The position numbers were made by a program, and so were the translations under genes. The notes beneath the pieces were generated by a model. The model had not been told where the DNA came from, made no database searches, and saw nothing but the letters and a program-made list of their open reading frames with translations. A DNA stretch of 64,000 nt from a virus (lineage: Duplodnaviria > Caudoviricetes): IMG/VR virus record IMGVR_UViG_3300028280_000187. One strand, given 5' to 3'. This document shows, piece by piece, positions 39,937 through 50,473 of the stretch. Numbering within the stretch: the first letter of the stretch is position 1; the number at the start of each line of letters is the position of its first letter.

Positions 39937-40908
39937 ATGACAAAACTTAGAATTACATTTTCTAAAAACTATGCAGAGTTGCCGTTAAGAGGTGAACACA
40001 ATGCACGTATTCCGGATCCGGATATTGATGATACGTTTGTGCTTGAATGGGATTTGATGTCTAACTGTTCGACCACATCTAAGTTTATATCGTTGATGCA
40101 AGAGACATACAGAATTGAAGAAAATGGTGTAAAGATTAATTATAATTTTTACCCATCAGTGTCTCCTGAACAGTTTATGCTTATGAAGAAGCGTATGAAT
40201 TTTGTAGTTAAAAAGATTGCAGAGATAGAAGGGATACCAGCGGCGGACCCTTCATTAAAATTAAAAACAGATTCTACAGACATAGAAATAGACAAACTAA
40301 ATGCATTACATTTATATTTTGAAGATGTGTCTAATGATCCTGTAATAACTAAAAGGGAAGATTACACCGCCGGCGATATATACAAATACCTAGAAGAAAT
40401 TAACCAATTAGTTCACTCAATGGAAGATTGGAAATACCAAGATTGGGATGAATTTTTTGGAACATGCAGACTAGCTCCTAGACGCGGCGCTATGGCTTCT
40501 GAATTGACAGTACCACTAGATGCAGAAGACTATAAGAAGTTTACATGCGAAGCGTGGTATGGGGATTTAATGCTAGACTATTTTAGAGTTGGAAAAGATT
40601 TAGATGCATGTAGGTCAACAAATGATACTGCATTAGTAAAAAATAAAGGACTGGCTCAGCAAAATACAGTACACACCTGTTTCTCATTTCAGTTTCATAA
40701 TTTTTTAGATGGAACACAAACAGGGTGGTTAGGTATTGATGACTGGATTAAAAATAATAACCTAGAGAAGTACTATGATTTTACTGCACCCGAATTTACT
40801 AATGGAAGAGTATGTTTAGGTAAATTAAATATGCAAGGTAAAACAAGAGAAGAAATTACATCTGAAATGATGAAAGCTACAAGTATATTAAATGTGGAAT
40901 TAGCATGA
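39937..40908 (+). CDS. Hypothetical protein within the radical SAM cluster
   Basis: ORF starts 2 nt after the upstream stop; LNALH.YFE, IN..VH..E, GDL.LDY..VGK motifs; function unknown. Confidence 0.7.
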   Translation: MTKLRITFSKNYAELPLRGEHNARIPDPDIDDTFVLEWDLMSNCSTTSKFISLMQETYRIEENGVKINYNFYPSVSPEQFMLMKKRMNFVVKKIAEIEGIPAADPSLKLKTDSTDIEIDKLNALHLYFEDVSNDPVITKREDYTAGDIYKYLEEINQLVHSMEDWKYQDWDEFFGTCRLAPRRGAMASELTVPLDAEDYKKFTCEAWYGDLMLDYFRVGKDLDACRSTNDTALVKNKGLAQQNTVHTCFSFQFHNFLDGTQTGWLGIDDWIKNNNLEKYYDFTAPEFTNGRVCLGKLNMQGKTREEITSEMMKATSILNVELA

Positions 40909-40936
40909 CAAATATTAAACAATTAGGATAGATATT

Positions 40937-42124
40937 ATGAGTGAAACTTTTTGCCCATTATTATTTCAACATCTTGCTACGCATCCGCATGGAGGCGTGA
41001 CACATTGTTGTGTTGCAGACCATCGTAATTCATTGAGTAGTTCACGTGATGGTGATAGATTTTATAATCTTAATCGTGACACTGTATTCGATACTATGAA
41101 TAGCGAAAGCTATAGGAAAGCAAGATTAGAAGTACTAGATGGCAAAAAACCTAAAGCATGTATGCGTTGTTATTCAGAAGAAGCTAAAGGTATGGCTTCT
41201 AAAAGATTAGAAGAAATAAAGAACTATCCTGAGTATACTGTGGGAGTTGCTAGGGACGCCACTGAGAGCGACGGCTCAATGAAAGACGTTCAGCTTGAGT
41301 TCGTTGAGTTAAGATTAGGTAATGTTTGCAATGTTGCGTGTCGTACTTGTAATCCTGCTTCTAGTAGCAAATGGCGAAATGATTATGATAAATTACAAAA
41401 GAAAACGACATTTACTCTTACTACATATGATACAATGGAAGGATTCAGATGGCCTGAACGTGAAGGATTTTGGGATGACTTGTTACAACATTGTGATAAC
41501 GTAAAGACATTCTACATCAATGGTGGTGAACCAACACTTATTAAAGAACATTTTAGATTTTTAGAAAGACTAGTAGAGTTAGGCAAGACTGACATTAAAC
41601 TGTGGTATAACATAAACATGACAAACATGAATGATAAAGTCATAGACTTGTGGAAAAAGTTTGACCATGTAAAAGTAAGTTGCAGTATAGATGATTTGGG
41701 TGATAGAAATCATTATATAAGATACCCTACAAAATGGAATGATGTTGAAAAGAACTTCTTAAGATTAAAGAAAGAAGGCTTTGAGATTGATGTAACACAG
41801 ACTGTATCATGGATGAACTATAGCACTCTAGGTGATTTTTATAACTTCTTCCATAGAGAACATGGGGTATGGGTTCATCATAATTATGTATATGATCCTG
41901 ATATATTATCTCCAGCAGTATTGCCCAAAGCAATGCGTGATGCGATACATAATAAGTTTTCTAATGTATTTGATGATTGGAAAATGCAAGAATTTAAGAA
42001 AATGTTTGGAGGACCAGACAACCCAGCCAAATGGGAAAAAGCAAAAGAGTATACTAGAAATCTTGATGAGATTAGAGAACAGAATATACTAGACTTCTTA
42101 CCGGAGTTTGAAGGACATTTTTAA
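40937..42124 (+). CDS. Radical SAM protein with N-terminal Twitch-like domain (type A4)
   Basis: CNVACRTC, NGGEP; FCP, HCC, CMRC. Confidence 0.9.
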   Translation: MSETFCPLLFQHLATHPHGGVTHCCVADHRNSLSSSRDGDRFYNLNRDTVFDTMNSESYRKARLEVLDGKKPKACMRCYSEEAKGMASKRLEEIKNYPEYTVGVARDATESDGSMKDVQLEFVELRLGNVCNVACRTCNPASSSKWRNDYDKLQKKTTFTLTTYDTMEGFRWPEREGFWDDLLQHCDNVKTFYINGGEPTLIKEHFRFLERLVELGKTDIKLWYNINMTNMNDKVIDLWKKFDHVKVSCSIDDLGDRNHYIRYPTKWNDVEKNFLRLKKEGFEIDVTQTVSWMNYSTLGDFYNFFHREHGVWVHHNYVYDPDILSPAVLPKAMRDAIHNKFSNVFDDWKMQEFKKMFGGPDNPAKWEKAKEYTRNLDEIREQNILDFLPEFEGHF

Positions 42125-43320
42125 TGTATAGATATGATTTAATAAAAAATATACATTTAGAAGTAAGCAGTCTGTGTAATGCAGAATGTTCTATATGCAA
42201 TCGGCGTGTGAACGGTGGACCAAAGAACCCAACAATGATTGAAAGATTTATTAGTTTAAAAGAATACAAAGAGTGGTTTGATGCTGACCTAATAAAACAG
42301 TTAGAGTCGATAACTTTGTGTGGCAACTACGGCGATCCAATGACCAATCCAGAGTTAATTCCAATAATGAGATATACAAAAGAATTAAATCCGGATATTA
42401 CTTTTCATATGAATACAAACGCCAGCGGCAGAGATAAACAGTTTTGGACAGACTTAGCAGATGTTATAGGAAAATCAGGAAATGTTGTTTTCAGTGTTGA
42501 CGGATTAGAAGATACAAACCATATATACAGAAAAGGTACAAACTGGAAAAAAATAATGAATGCTATGGAATGGTTTACTGCGGAGAACAAATCACATGCA
42601 GTATGGGAATTCTTAGTATTCAAACACAATCAACACCAGATACAAGAAGCAAGATTACTTTCTGAGAGTTTGGGCTTTACAAGTTTTCATGCCAAAAAAG
42701 CTATGGGATTTTCTGACAAACATGGTTTAGAAATGAAATCTCTTAAACATGATGGCACACTTGACTATTATATGCAGGCACCAGACGATGAATGGAGAAA
42801 TGAAAAAGTAAAGAAAAAACAAATTGTTAGAAAACACGGTGCATCTCCGGCAGTAATTACTAAAAAAACATTATCATTTATGTTTGACCATACTCGTACT
42901 CCTGTTATCGATGAAGACCCAAAAGAACTAGAAGGATATGATAATTGTAAAATCAACTGTACAGCAATACGTTGGTCTGGCAAAGACCTAAGAAGTATAT
43001 TCGTTGCGTCAACTGGATTAGTATTCCCTTGTTGTTTTACAGCAAGTAAATATTATGGAGTAGGGGTATTTGAAACGTTGCAACTGAGAAATTTTATAAA
43101 AGAATATGGTGAAGAAACAATAGACCTATCAAAAGGCAATACAGTAAAAAGCATTACAGATAGTGAACTATTTCAAATTGGATACAATAAAAGTTGGCTT
43201 AAGTCTACAACCGAATTAGGAAAGCTATTGACATGTAGTAAATTTTGTGGATCAAATGTAAACACTGAAATTCTTAGCACGAAAAAAAGTGTACAGAGAA
43301 GCGGAGAATACAATGTATAA
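42124..43320 (+). CDS. Radical SAM protein with C-terminal SPASM/Twitch domain (type B2)
   Basis: CNAECSIC, CGNYGDP, FSVDGLEDTN, PCC, CSKFCG. Confidence 0.9.
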   Translation: MYRYDLIKNIHLEVSSLCNAECSICNRRVNGGPKNPTMIERFISLKEYKEWFDADLIKQLESITLCGNYGDPMTNPELIPIMRYTKELNPDITFHMNTNASGRDKQFWTDLADVIGKSGNVVFSVDGLEDTNHIYRKGTNWKKIMNAMEWFTAENKSHAVWEFLVFKHNQHQIQEARLLSESLGFTSFHAKKAMGFSDKHGLEMKSLKHDGTLDYYMQAPDDEWRNEKVKKKQIVRKHGASPAVITKKTLSFMFDHTRTPVIDEDPKELEGYDNCKINCTAIRWSGKDLRSIFVASTGLVFPCCFTASKYYGVGVFETLQLRNFIKEYGEETIDLSKGNTVKSITDSELFQIGYNKSWLKSTTELGKLLTCSKFCGSNVNTEILSTKKSVQRSGEYNV

Positions 43321-44542
43321 GCATGATGAAATACTTCATTTAGATTTTGAAAGTAGTAGCCTGTGCAATGCTCTCTGTCCTGTATGCAACCGCAGAGAAC
43401 AGGGTGGGAAAAAGAACCCAAGATACAAAGAGACTTATATTTCATTAGAACAATTTAAGAAGTATTTTAGTGTAAAATTCTTAACACAGTTATATGGCAT
43501 GTCTTTGTGTGGTAACTACGGTGACGCTATGACTAATCCAGAACTAATTGATATTCTAAAGTATACAAAATCTATAAATCCTAATATTAGAATTACAATG
43601 AATTCAAATGCTAGTGGTCGTAACGCAACCTTCTGGTACGAATTAGGACAGATAATCGGAACTAATGGACACATGACATTTAGTGTTGATGGACTTGAGG
43701 ATACAAATTGGATATATCGTAGAGGAACTCATTGGAATAAAATTATGACTGCTATGGAAAACTATATCGCTGGTGGTGGCCATGCTAGATGGGAATTCTT
43801 AGTATTCAAACATAATCAGCATCAAATAGAAGAGGCAAAGATATTAGCAAAAAAAATAGGCATACAAGATTTCTTTTCAAAGAAAGCATTGGGATTTGTT
43901 GACAGTGTGGTCGAAGGAAATGCACAATCATCTTTAGCAGTATTTAATGAAAGCGGAACAAAGGACTATGAATTGCATCCTCCATCTGATGGTAACTCTA
44001 ATGAAATCATTAATAAATATATTAAACAATCATCATTTAAACGAATCGACGGCGAAGACACAGACAGTCCAGAAAAGATTTTACAAACAATTCGATTTGC
44101 TAAAACAAACCCATCGGGTGAGTATACACACAAATATGAATTAGATGAAAACAGACCACTAACTGAACACGAAAAGAAGTTAGGAAATACAAGAATAGAT
44201 TGTATGGTTATCAAGCCTAAAAGTATTTTCGTGTCTAGTGAAGGATTAGTTTTCCCATGTTGTATGACTGCTAGTAAACTATATGCATTCCCAGATGAGG
44301 AAACTGTGCAGTTACAAAAATTTATAGATGACTTTGGTAAGGAAAGAATAAGTTTAGAACATACTAAACTAGAAGACATAATTAATGGTCCAATGTTTCA
44401 AACGCACTGGCCTGATAATTGGAAAGATAATAATATCAATAATAAAAGATTGAGAACGTGTTCAATCTTTTGTGGTAAAGATACTAATCAAGAATTCAAT
44501 GCAACCATGAAAAGTATTAAGAAGAAAGAAAGCTATGCATAG
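43313..44542 (+). CDS. Radical SAM protein with C-terminal SPASM/Twitch domain (type B3)
   Basis: CNALCPVC, CGNYGDAM, FSVDGLEDTN, PCC, CSIFCG; GGAG SD before ATG 43313. Confidence 0.9.
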   Translation: MYKHDEILHLDFESSSLCNALCPVCNRREQGGKKNPRYKETYISLEQFKKYFSVKFLTQLYGMSLCGNYGDAMTNPELIDILKYTKSINPNIRITMNSNASGRNATFWYELGQIIGTNGHMTFSVDGLEDTNWIYRRGTHWNKIMTAMENYIAGGGHARWEFLVFKHNQHQIEEAKILAKKIGIQDFFSKKALGFVDSVVEGNAQSSLAVFNESGTKDYELHPPSDGNSNEIINKYIKQSSFKRIDGEDTDSPEKILQTIRFAKTNPSGEYTHKYELDENRPLTEHEKKLGNTRIDCMVIKPKSIFVSSEGLVFPCCMTASKLYAFPDEETVQLQKFIDDFGKERISLEHTKLEDIINGPMFQTHWPDNWKDNNINNKRLRTCSIFCGKDTNQEFNATMKSIKKKESYA

Positions 44543-47177
44543 AATGTTTTACAATAAGTGGACAACTGTCCGTTCTGATAGAATTCAACAGATACACACA
44601 GAGCCACAACACTATGACCTATATCAAAACTTTGTTGATGAGTTACACCCTGACGTAAGATTTGAAAAGTATTATTTTATTTCTCCATGGATTGCATGTA
44701 TGTGGGCAGAGGAGCATGGCAACTATCTTACGCACACAGATAATCTAATTGAAGATGTTATCAAAGACAAATCTATAACGAAAGATTTAGAAGATGGGAT
44801 TGCTTGTATTGTATTTGATATGGGTGCAGAATTTATACCACTGGACTATTATTATAAAATAGATAAATTTTATTCTAATAAAAAGAATCACAAAAATGTT
44901 AAGTATTGGACTATGTTTGAAAACTCTGCAAAGCTAATAAAAGATGGCACAGTTCAATGTATTACAGTTTCCACAAGTACTTTGAGGTTTGCTGATTATG
45001 AAAAGGGAAAAATAAAAACAGATACATCACATTATAAAGATATATCAAAGAAACATTTACTGTTTCTTAATAAAAGAATTAGACCTCATCGTCTTGATGT
45101 CCTTGCCAAGTTTATTGAGAAAGATTGCAACTTGCATAAAAATTCCTACTTTAGTTTACTAGGTGAAGAATTTGATGGAGATAAAAATAATCCGTTATAT
45201 CTAGGAGACGTTGCGGCTATCAAAAATTGTAATAGTACAAAAGACATACATGAAGAAATAGTTAATAGATATTTAGGTAATAAATTACCATATAGTATAG
45301 AAACCGGAAGAGACGATTGGTTATCAGGATCGAACCTTAATAGAATAGAAGAACTAGAAATATACAGAAGAAGGACATATGTAGAAGTAATTACAGAGTT
45401 TACTGCTAGTGATGAGTTTGTTTCATTAAGTGAAAAAATTTCACAGGCGATAATATCGCACCAGCCATTTATTATAGTAGGAGATAAAGGATATCTTGCA
45501 CAACTAAAAAATCTTGGGTTCAAAACATTTGATACTTTTTGGGACGAGAAATATGATGAGTTGCCTTACAATGAACGAATAGAAGAAATCTCAAATGTAG
45601 TCAAAGGCATTGTTGACAATGTACAGATAATTCGCGGTAAGACAGAGTTTACATATTCTAAGAAAATGCAAGAGGTGTTAGATTTTAATTATCATCATTA
45701 TAAAAATCAATATGCTCCTAGAGTATACAACGATGCATTTCAAAGTATTAGTGTAGGAGATTATGTTCCGCAAATACAAATTGATCCAACAGATGCACAC
45801 GGACGAAATGTGTTTGATGATGACTCACGTATGAGAGGATATGTTTGGTATAATGAAAATACTAATACACTAATTCAACCAATATCAGGATGCTTAGAAA
45901 ATGAGATAGAAGAAATCATTGCACCTAATTTGGGATATAGATTGCGTAGAAGGGATGAGTTGCCAGATATCTCTAATATTCCAGCAATTATATTTACCAG
46001 AAGACCTGACAAGAGACTATCTGCATATTTGAAAAAAACAGGTAAGAAACTAGAAGAAGTCAAATTACTATCACAATCTGCATATCATTATGAATTAAAT
46101 TGCAAATGTGTAATTGATATAGATAATATGAGTGGTACTGGTAATTATAAAAGAACATTAGATTGGATTGAAGATTTTGGACAGCGTGATATTGCCAGAC
46201 GCATTTGCGAGTTGTTAGAGACAGTTGAAGTAAAGACTCCTGCTAAGTTGACTAAAAAGCAAATGAAATATTGCGATGAGAATTACGAATGGGATTGGCA
46301 TATGTATAATGAGTGGGGTTCTTGGCGTTTTAGAAAACCACACAATATATCCAGAATTGGGGTTGAATTCGGAAAGTACATTGATACTTTTACTGATGTA
46401 TATAAAAAAGAATTCAAAAAGATAACAAAAAATTCTGTATCTCATAGAGAGTATTTCAAAGGCTCGTTAGTTCCGGGTTATTGGGCTAACCATTCTATGA
46501 TACTTGATAACATCGGACTTAACTATGCACCAAAAGATATTAAGATACTTGATGTGGGCACTCACTTTGGTTTTATGCCACACTTTCTAAAAAGCCAAGG
46601 TTATACCAATGTACATTCGACCAATTCATATAAAGAAGCAGGTGATTCGATAGATGAACTTAAAGAGATTTGGAAGACGTTGGATATTAAACCTCCAGCA
46701 GATGTACACATTTATCCATGTAGAGACTTTGATTTGTTGAATAATATTAATAATTGTTACGGAAAAGACTTTAATCCTAACGAGAAATATGATATAATAT
46801 TAATTAACATGTCAAATATATTTTGGAAAACTGATAAAATAATTAGACTACATGATGGAAATCTGTCACAGTCTTGGGAAATACGTGATAAGAACGATAG
46901 CCCAAATACTTTCTTTGCACCGTATGAAAGCCACGATATCATGTCATTTATAGAATGCATTAAGAAATTCCTTAACATGGGAGGCATAGCAGTAGTTCAA
47001 CCTTACCCATGGGCTTACACAGATTTCGAAGGCTTTGTGGAAGAAAAGAATTTACTGATGCATTGGCAAAATCCTCATAGAGGACATGAGGCACCAAAGT
47101 CAACTGCACATTCTCCCAACGCATCTGTTAATGATTATTTTATTGTACAAAAGGAGATAACAGATGGACGAGATTAA
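44535..47177 (+). CDS. Multidomain protein: GT-B-like domain, sulfotransferase-like remnant and class I SAM methyltransferase
   Basis: FLNKRIRPHR / EVITE / SEKI / PFIIVG / LGFKTFD.FWDE.YD in the N-half; FTRRPDKRL.A and SQ..Y in the middle; KILDVGTHFG motif I near the C-terminus. Confidence 0.55.
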   Translation: MHRMFYNKWTTVRSDRIQQIHTEPQHYDLYQNFVDELHPDVRFEKYYFISPWIACMWAEEHGNYLTHTDNLIEDVIKDKSITKDLEDGIACIVFDMGAEFIPLDYYYKIDKFYSNKKNHKNVKYWTMFENSAKLIKDGTVQCITVSTSTLRFADYEKGKIKTDTSHYKDISKKHLLFLNKRIRPHRLDVLAKFIEKDCNLHKNSYFSLLGEEFDGDKNNPLYLGDVAAIKNCNSTKDIHEEIVNRYLGNKLPYSIETGRDDWLSGSNLNRIEELEIYRRRTYVEVITEFTASDEFVSLSEKISQAIISHQPFIIVGDKGYLAQLKNLGFKTFDTFWDEKYDELPYNERIEEISNVVKGIVDNVQIIRGKTEFTYSKKMQEVLDFNYHHYKNQYAPRVYNDAFQSISVGDYVPQIQIDPTDAHGRNVFDDDSRMRGYVWYNENTNTLIQPISGCLENEIEEIIAPNLGYRLRRRDELPDISNIPAIIFTRRPDKRLSAYLKKTGKKLEEVKLLSQSAYHYELNCKCVIDIDNMSGTGNYKRTLDWIEDFGQRDIARRICELLETVEVKTPAKLTKKQMKYCDENYEWDWHMYNEWGSWRFRKPHNISRIGVEFGKYIDTFTDVYKKEFKKITKNSVSHREYFKGSLVPGYWANHSMILDNIGLNYAPKDIKILDVGTHFGFMPHFLKSQGYTNVHSTNSYKEAGDSIDELKEIWKTLDIKPPADVHIYPCRDFDLLNNINNCYGKDFNPNEKYDIILINMSNIFWKTDKIIRLHDGNLSQSWEIRDKNDSPNTFFAPYESHDIMSFIECIKKFLNMGGIAVVQPYPWAYTDFEGFVEEKNLLMHWQNPHRGHEAPKSTAHSPNASVNDYFIVQKEITDGRD

Positions 47178-47550
47178 AGAAGAAATAACAAATCAATTTG
47201 AGCATAGCCAGATGACCAAGGCAGGAAAACTTGCTATGGAACTAGGTGCAGAAAAGAAAAGATTAAAAAAAGAATTAGCAGAACTACAGACAGAAGTAGA
47301 AGACTTAACTCCTACTACGCCAGTCGGAACAGTTGACTGGTATATCAAATGGGCGGCCATGGCATTGGCAGTGTCTGGTGTATTTCTAATGAGTGCGGGA
47401 CTAATATTTTGGGGACAAGTTGCATATATTATTAGTAGCATAGGATGGGTAGCAGTAGGTATGGCATGGGGAGATAGAGCGATTATGATAGGTAGTGCTA
47501 TCACTGGTACCGCAGTTATGATGAATTTCGTGCAGGGATATATAGTATGA
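47164..47550 (+). CDS. Small membrane protein with N-terminal coiled coil
   Basis: DWYIKW followed by three hydrophobic segments; AAGGAG SD. Confidence 0.7.
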   Translation: MDEIKEEITNQFEHSQMTKAGKLAMELGAEKKRLKKELAELQTEVEDLTPTTPVGTVDWYIKWAAMALAVSGVFLMSAGLIFWGQVAYIISSIGWVAVGMAWGDRAIMIGSAITGTAVMMNFVQGYIV

Positions 47551-48437
47551 AATATTATATAGCAGGAGACAGAGGACTTGTCGGTACTTGGTATAAGAAA
47601 CTTATAACTGATGCAGATGGAGGTAACACCCAGACTGCAAATTATAGTTCACGCATATCTACTAAACAAGATATACAAATGCGAAAGCCCACACACGTAA
47701 TTATAAATGCGGCTACTGTTGGTGGCCTGCAAGAAGACTTAGACAAGAGTTTTGAATTAATGATTAAGAACTTAACAATTCAAAATAACTTATTTGAAGC
47801 ATGTCGTTTCGCAAGAACAGACAGAGTACTACTACAAGGAAGCACATGTAGTTATCCAGAGATTGGCGAACAACCCTATAATGAAACTCAGTTACTACAA
47901 GGCGAACCTTTCGCTACATACTTTCCTACTGCATTACCTAAACTCATGGGTATGTATCAATGTAGAGCAAGTAATGAAAAGTACAATACTAATTGGCGTA
48001 CAGCAATAAACACAAATATGTTCGGACCGCATGATAGGACAGGAGAACATGCACACGTAATAGGTGCGTTGATGCAAAAGTTTGTAGACGCATGTAAAAG
48101 CAATGCAGACAGTATTGAGATATGGGGTTCTGGAAATCAAAGTAGAGATATACTTTACATTGAAGACGCAGTTGCGGCCATGGATATAATATTAAATAAT
48201 GACAAGTATGATACAGTCAACGTAGCAAGTGGCTATGAAATTTCTATCAGAGAAATAGCTGAACTATTAATTAAAGTCAGTGGTTACAAAGGTAATCTTT
48301 GGTTCAATACGGATAGACCTGAAGGAATTAAGAATAGAGCGATAGATAATTCTCGCTTAAAGGAATTAGGTTGGAAGCCAGAGTATAGTATGGAAGAAGC
48401 ATTTGCTAAAACATACAAGTGGTATTATGACTTATAA
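47547..48437 (+). CDS. GDP-L-fucose synthase-like NDP-sugar epimerase/reductase (Fcl/WcaG family)
   Basis: IAGDRGLVG, AATVGG, GSTCSYP, HVIGAL, IWGSG...R..LY..D, RPEG. Confidence 0.85.
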   Translation: MKYYIAGDRGLVGTWYKKLITDADGGNTQTANYSSRISTKQDIQMRKPTHVIINAATVGGLQEDLDKSFELMIKNLTIQNNLFEACRFARTDRVLLQGSTCSYPEIGEQPYNETQLLQGEPFATYFPTALPKLMGMYQCRASNEKYNTNWRTAINTNMFGPHDRTGEHAHVIGALMQKFVDACKSNADSIEIWGSGNQSRDILYIEDAVAAMDIILNNDKYDTVNVASGYEISIREIAELLIKVSGYKGNLWFNTDRPEGIKNRAIDNSRLKELGWKPEYSMEEAFAKTYKWYYDL

Positions 48438-49416
48438 TTATCAGTCTCAAACAAAAACAGATATACCAATACAAAGTTTTGATAATGATTTTGTTTATAC
48501 TGGTCCTAGTTGGGCTGTACAAAGTTATTCATCTCCATTAGGAGATAAAAGTGATGAGCCAAACATAAACATAGGTGATATGTTTGCAAAAGAATTTAAA
48601 CATAGTCTAGGAACACACAACCATGCATGGTTGCCTAGACATGGCAACAGTAATACAAAATGTGTACTAGAAATAAAAAAATGGCAAAAGAGAAAAGAGT
48701 ATGGAGTTGAACCATTCAGTGGACCAGTAATATGGGTCTTGTGCGATCCGTTAGCTAGATTATATTTTGATCCTGAGACAGGCCAACAGACATGGCCATT
48801 ATATAAGAAAGAAACAATACTTTATAAATCAATCACGTATAATAAATTTATTGAAAACTTACTTTGCAGTAATGATTGGCTATCGTACAGACATCAACTA
48901 TTACATATGGATTTAAAAGAAATGAATGAATTAAACATGCCTATAGGAATTATAGGATCTCATTCAGATATTACATATGTAGATGTTGAACCATATGAAA
49001 ATCTTACAGTCATAGAACCTAGTTGGCAAAATGTATTATGTGAACATGCAGGCATTAAAGGCATGTCTCCTAATCTAGGCGCAGACTTTGTACATCAAAC
49101 AATAAAAGCATACGCAAGTGAAGACGAAATTCATGCCTATATAGAAAAACATAATATAGATAAATACAGATGGGCACTGAATGAAAAGGTTGGAAAACTC
49201 ATGGCAATGTTAATGTCACAAGTTTTTGACCCTAAGATAACGAAATTTGTTCATCCCAATGTTGTAGACTATGTACACGGTCAATATGATTGTTGGAAAC
49301 AATTAGAAGAAAAACAATTATTTAACTGGGTACACCCAAGTATTGAGGGCAATTTAGTTTTCTATGAGCATGTAAAATATAAGATGGAGAAATTTGTAAA
49401 TGCTAACAAAAAATAG
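48427..49416 (+). CDS. SGNH-like hypothetical protein
   Basis: TGPSWA block I-like, HGNSN, C-terminal VHPS..G. Confidence 0.45.
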   Translation: MTYNYQSQTKTDIPIQSFDNDFVYTGPSWAVQSYSSPLGDKSDEPNINIGDMFAKEFKHSLGTHNHAWLPRHGNSNTKCVLEIKKWQKRKEYGVEPFSGPVIWVLCDPLARLYFDPETGQQTWPLYKKETILYKSITYNKFIENLLCSNDWLSYRHQLLHMDLKEMNELNMPIGIIGSHSDITYVDVEPYENLTVIEPSWQNVLCEHAGIKGMSPNLGADFVHQTIKAYASEDEIHAYIEKHNIDKYRWALNEKVGKLMAMLMSQVFDPKITKFVHPNVVDYVHGQYDCWKQLEEKQLFNWVHPSIEGNLVFYEHVKYKMEKFVNANKK

Positions 49417-50473
49417 TCATATGAACCCAGTGTATGGGAAAGAAGAAATAGAAAGCGTATACGACTATGTTAACTCTGGTGGTTGGATTATGGAACATAC
49501 CAAAACTAGAGAGTTAGAATCTCTTATATGTGACTATACTGGCGCCAAGTATGCACACATGGTAACAAGTGCTACTACAGGTCTCCTGTGTGCTTCTATG
49601 ATAGCTAAAATACAGCCAGGAGAAAAGTTTGCCGTAAGTGCGTATACACAAGCGGCTACATGTAACGGCGCAATACTAATGGGAGGCATACCAGTGATAG
49701 TTGATGTTGACCCATTTAGCTACTGTATAAACTTCGATAAGATACCATCTGATTGTAGAGTTATATTTGTATCAGCAATCAATGGAAGATACCCAAAAGA
49801 TGTTCAAGAACAAATCAAATCTTTAAGAGAAAGTGGTAGAGTCGTAATTGAAGACTCTGCACAAGCACTAGGTAGTAGAACAGTAAACGATATACACTGT
49901 GGTACTATGGGTGACATGGGCGTATTCAGTTTTGGAGCACCAAAGATTATTACTACAGGACAAGGTGGTTGCATCATTACTAATGATAAAGGTATTAGTG
50001 ATGAGATTGTAGCAATCAAAAACTTTGGCAGAACGGTCAAGGTTGGAGAAGTATATAATGTCATGGGTTCTAATTTTAAGTTTACAGATTTACAAGCATC
50101 TTTCGGTGTACCACAGATGAAGAAACTGCCATTTATTGTCGAGCATAAGAAACATTTATTTAAGTGGTATTGTAAACATCTAAAAGGTGTGGTAGATTTT
50201 ATTAATACTGATTTAGAATTTGTAACGCCAACGTATCCTGAAATATTAGTAAGCAAACGTGATGAACTTGTATTAGAATTACGAGAAGAAGGCATAGGAT
50301 GCCGTGCAGTATATGATAGTCTATGTAATCAACCCTTTCATAAACAATGGAAAACCCCTACACCAATTGCAGACGAATTAGCAAGTAGAGGCCTACATTT
50401 ACCAGGTCAGTTTGATTTACGTGAAGAAGACGTAAAGAAGATTGCAAGTGTTATTAAAAATCACGCGGCGTGA
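49400..50473 (+). CDS. DegT/DnrJ/EryC1/StrS PLP-dependent NDP-sugar aminotransferase
   Basis: SATTGL, IEDSAQALG, FSFGAPK.ITTGQGG (PLP lysine), GSNFKFTDLQA. Confidence 0.93.
   Translation: MLTKNSHMNPVYGKEEIESVYDYVNSGGWIMEHTKTRELESLICDYTGAKYAHMVTSATTGLLCASMIAKIQPGEKFAVSAYTQAATCNGAILMGGIPVIVDVDPFSYCINFDKIPSDCRVIFVSAINGRYPKDVQEQIKSLRESGRVVIEDSAQALGSRTVNDIHCGTMGDMGVFSFGAPKIITTGQGGCIITNDKGISDEIVAIKNFGRTVKVGEVYNVMGSNFKFTDLQASFGVPQMKKLPFIVEHKKHLFKWYCKHLKGVVDFINTDLEFVTPTYPEILVSKRDELVLELREEGIGCRAVYDSLCNQPFHKQWKTPTPIADELASRGLHLPGQFDLREEDVKKIASVIKNHAA

Noticed and set aside
33531-44542. Radical SAM/SPASM cluster as a RiPP pathway
   Set aside because: No precursor peptide, RRE/PqqD domain, peptidase or exporter; genes abut with no room for small ORFs and neighbours are sugar enzymes. 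Modification of structural proteins is not excluded.
33531-44542. 7-deazaguanine (QueE) or anaerobic RNR activase DNA-related functions
   Set aside because: No folE, queC, queD, dpdA or nrdD in the window, and the motifs and sizes do not match
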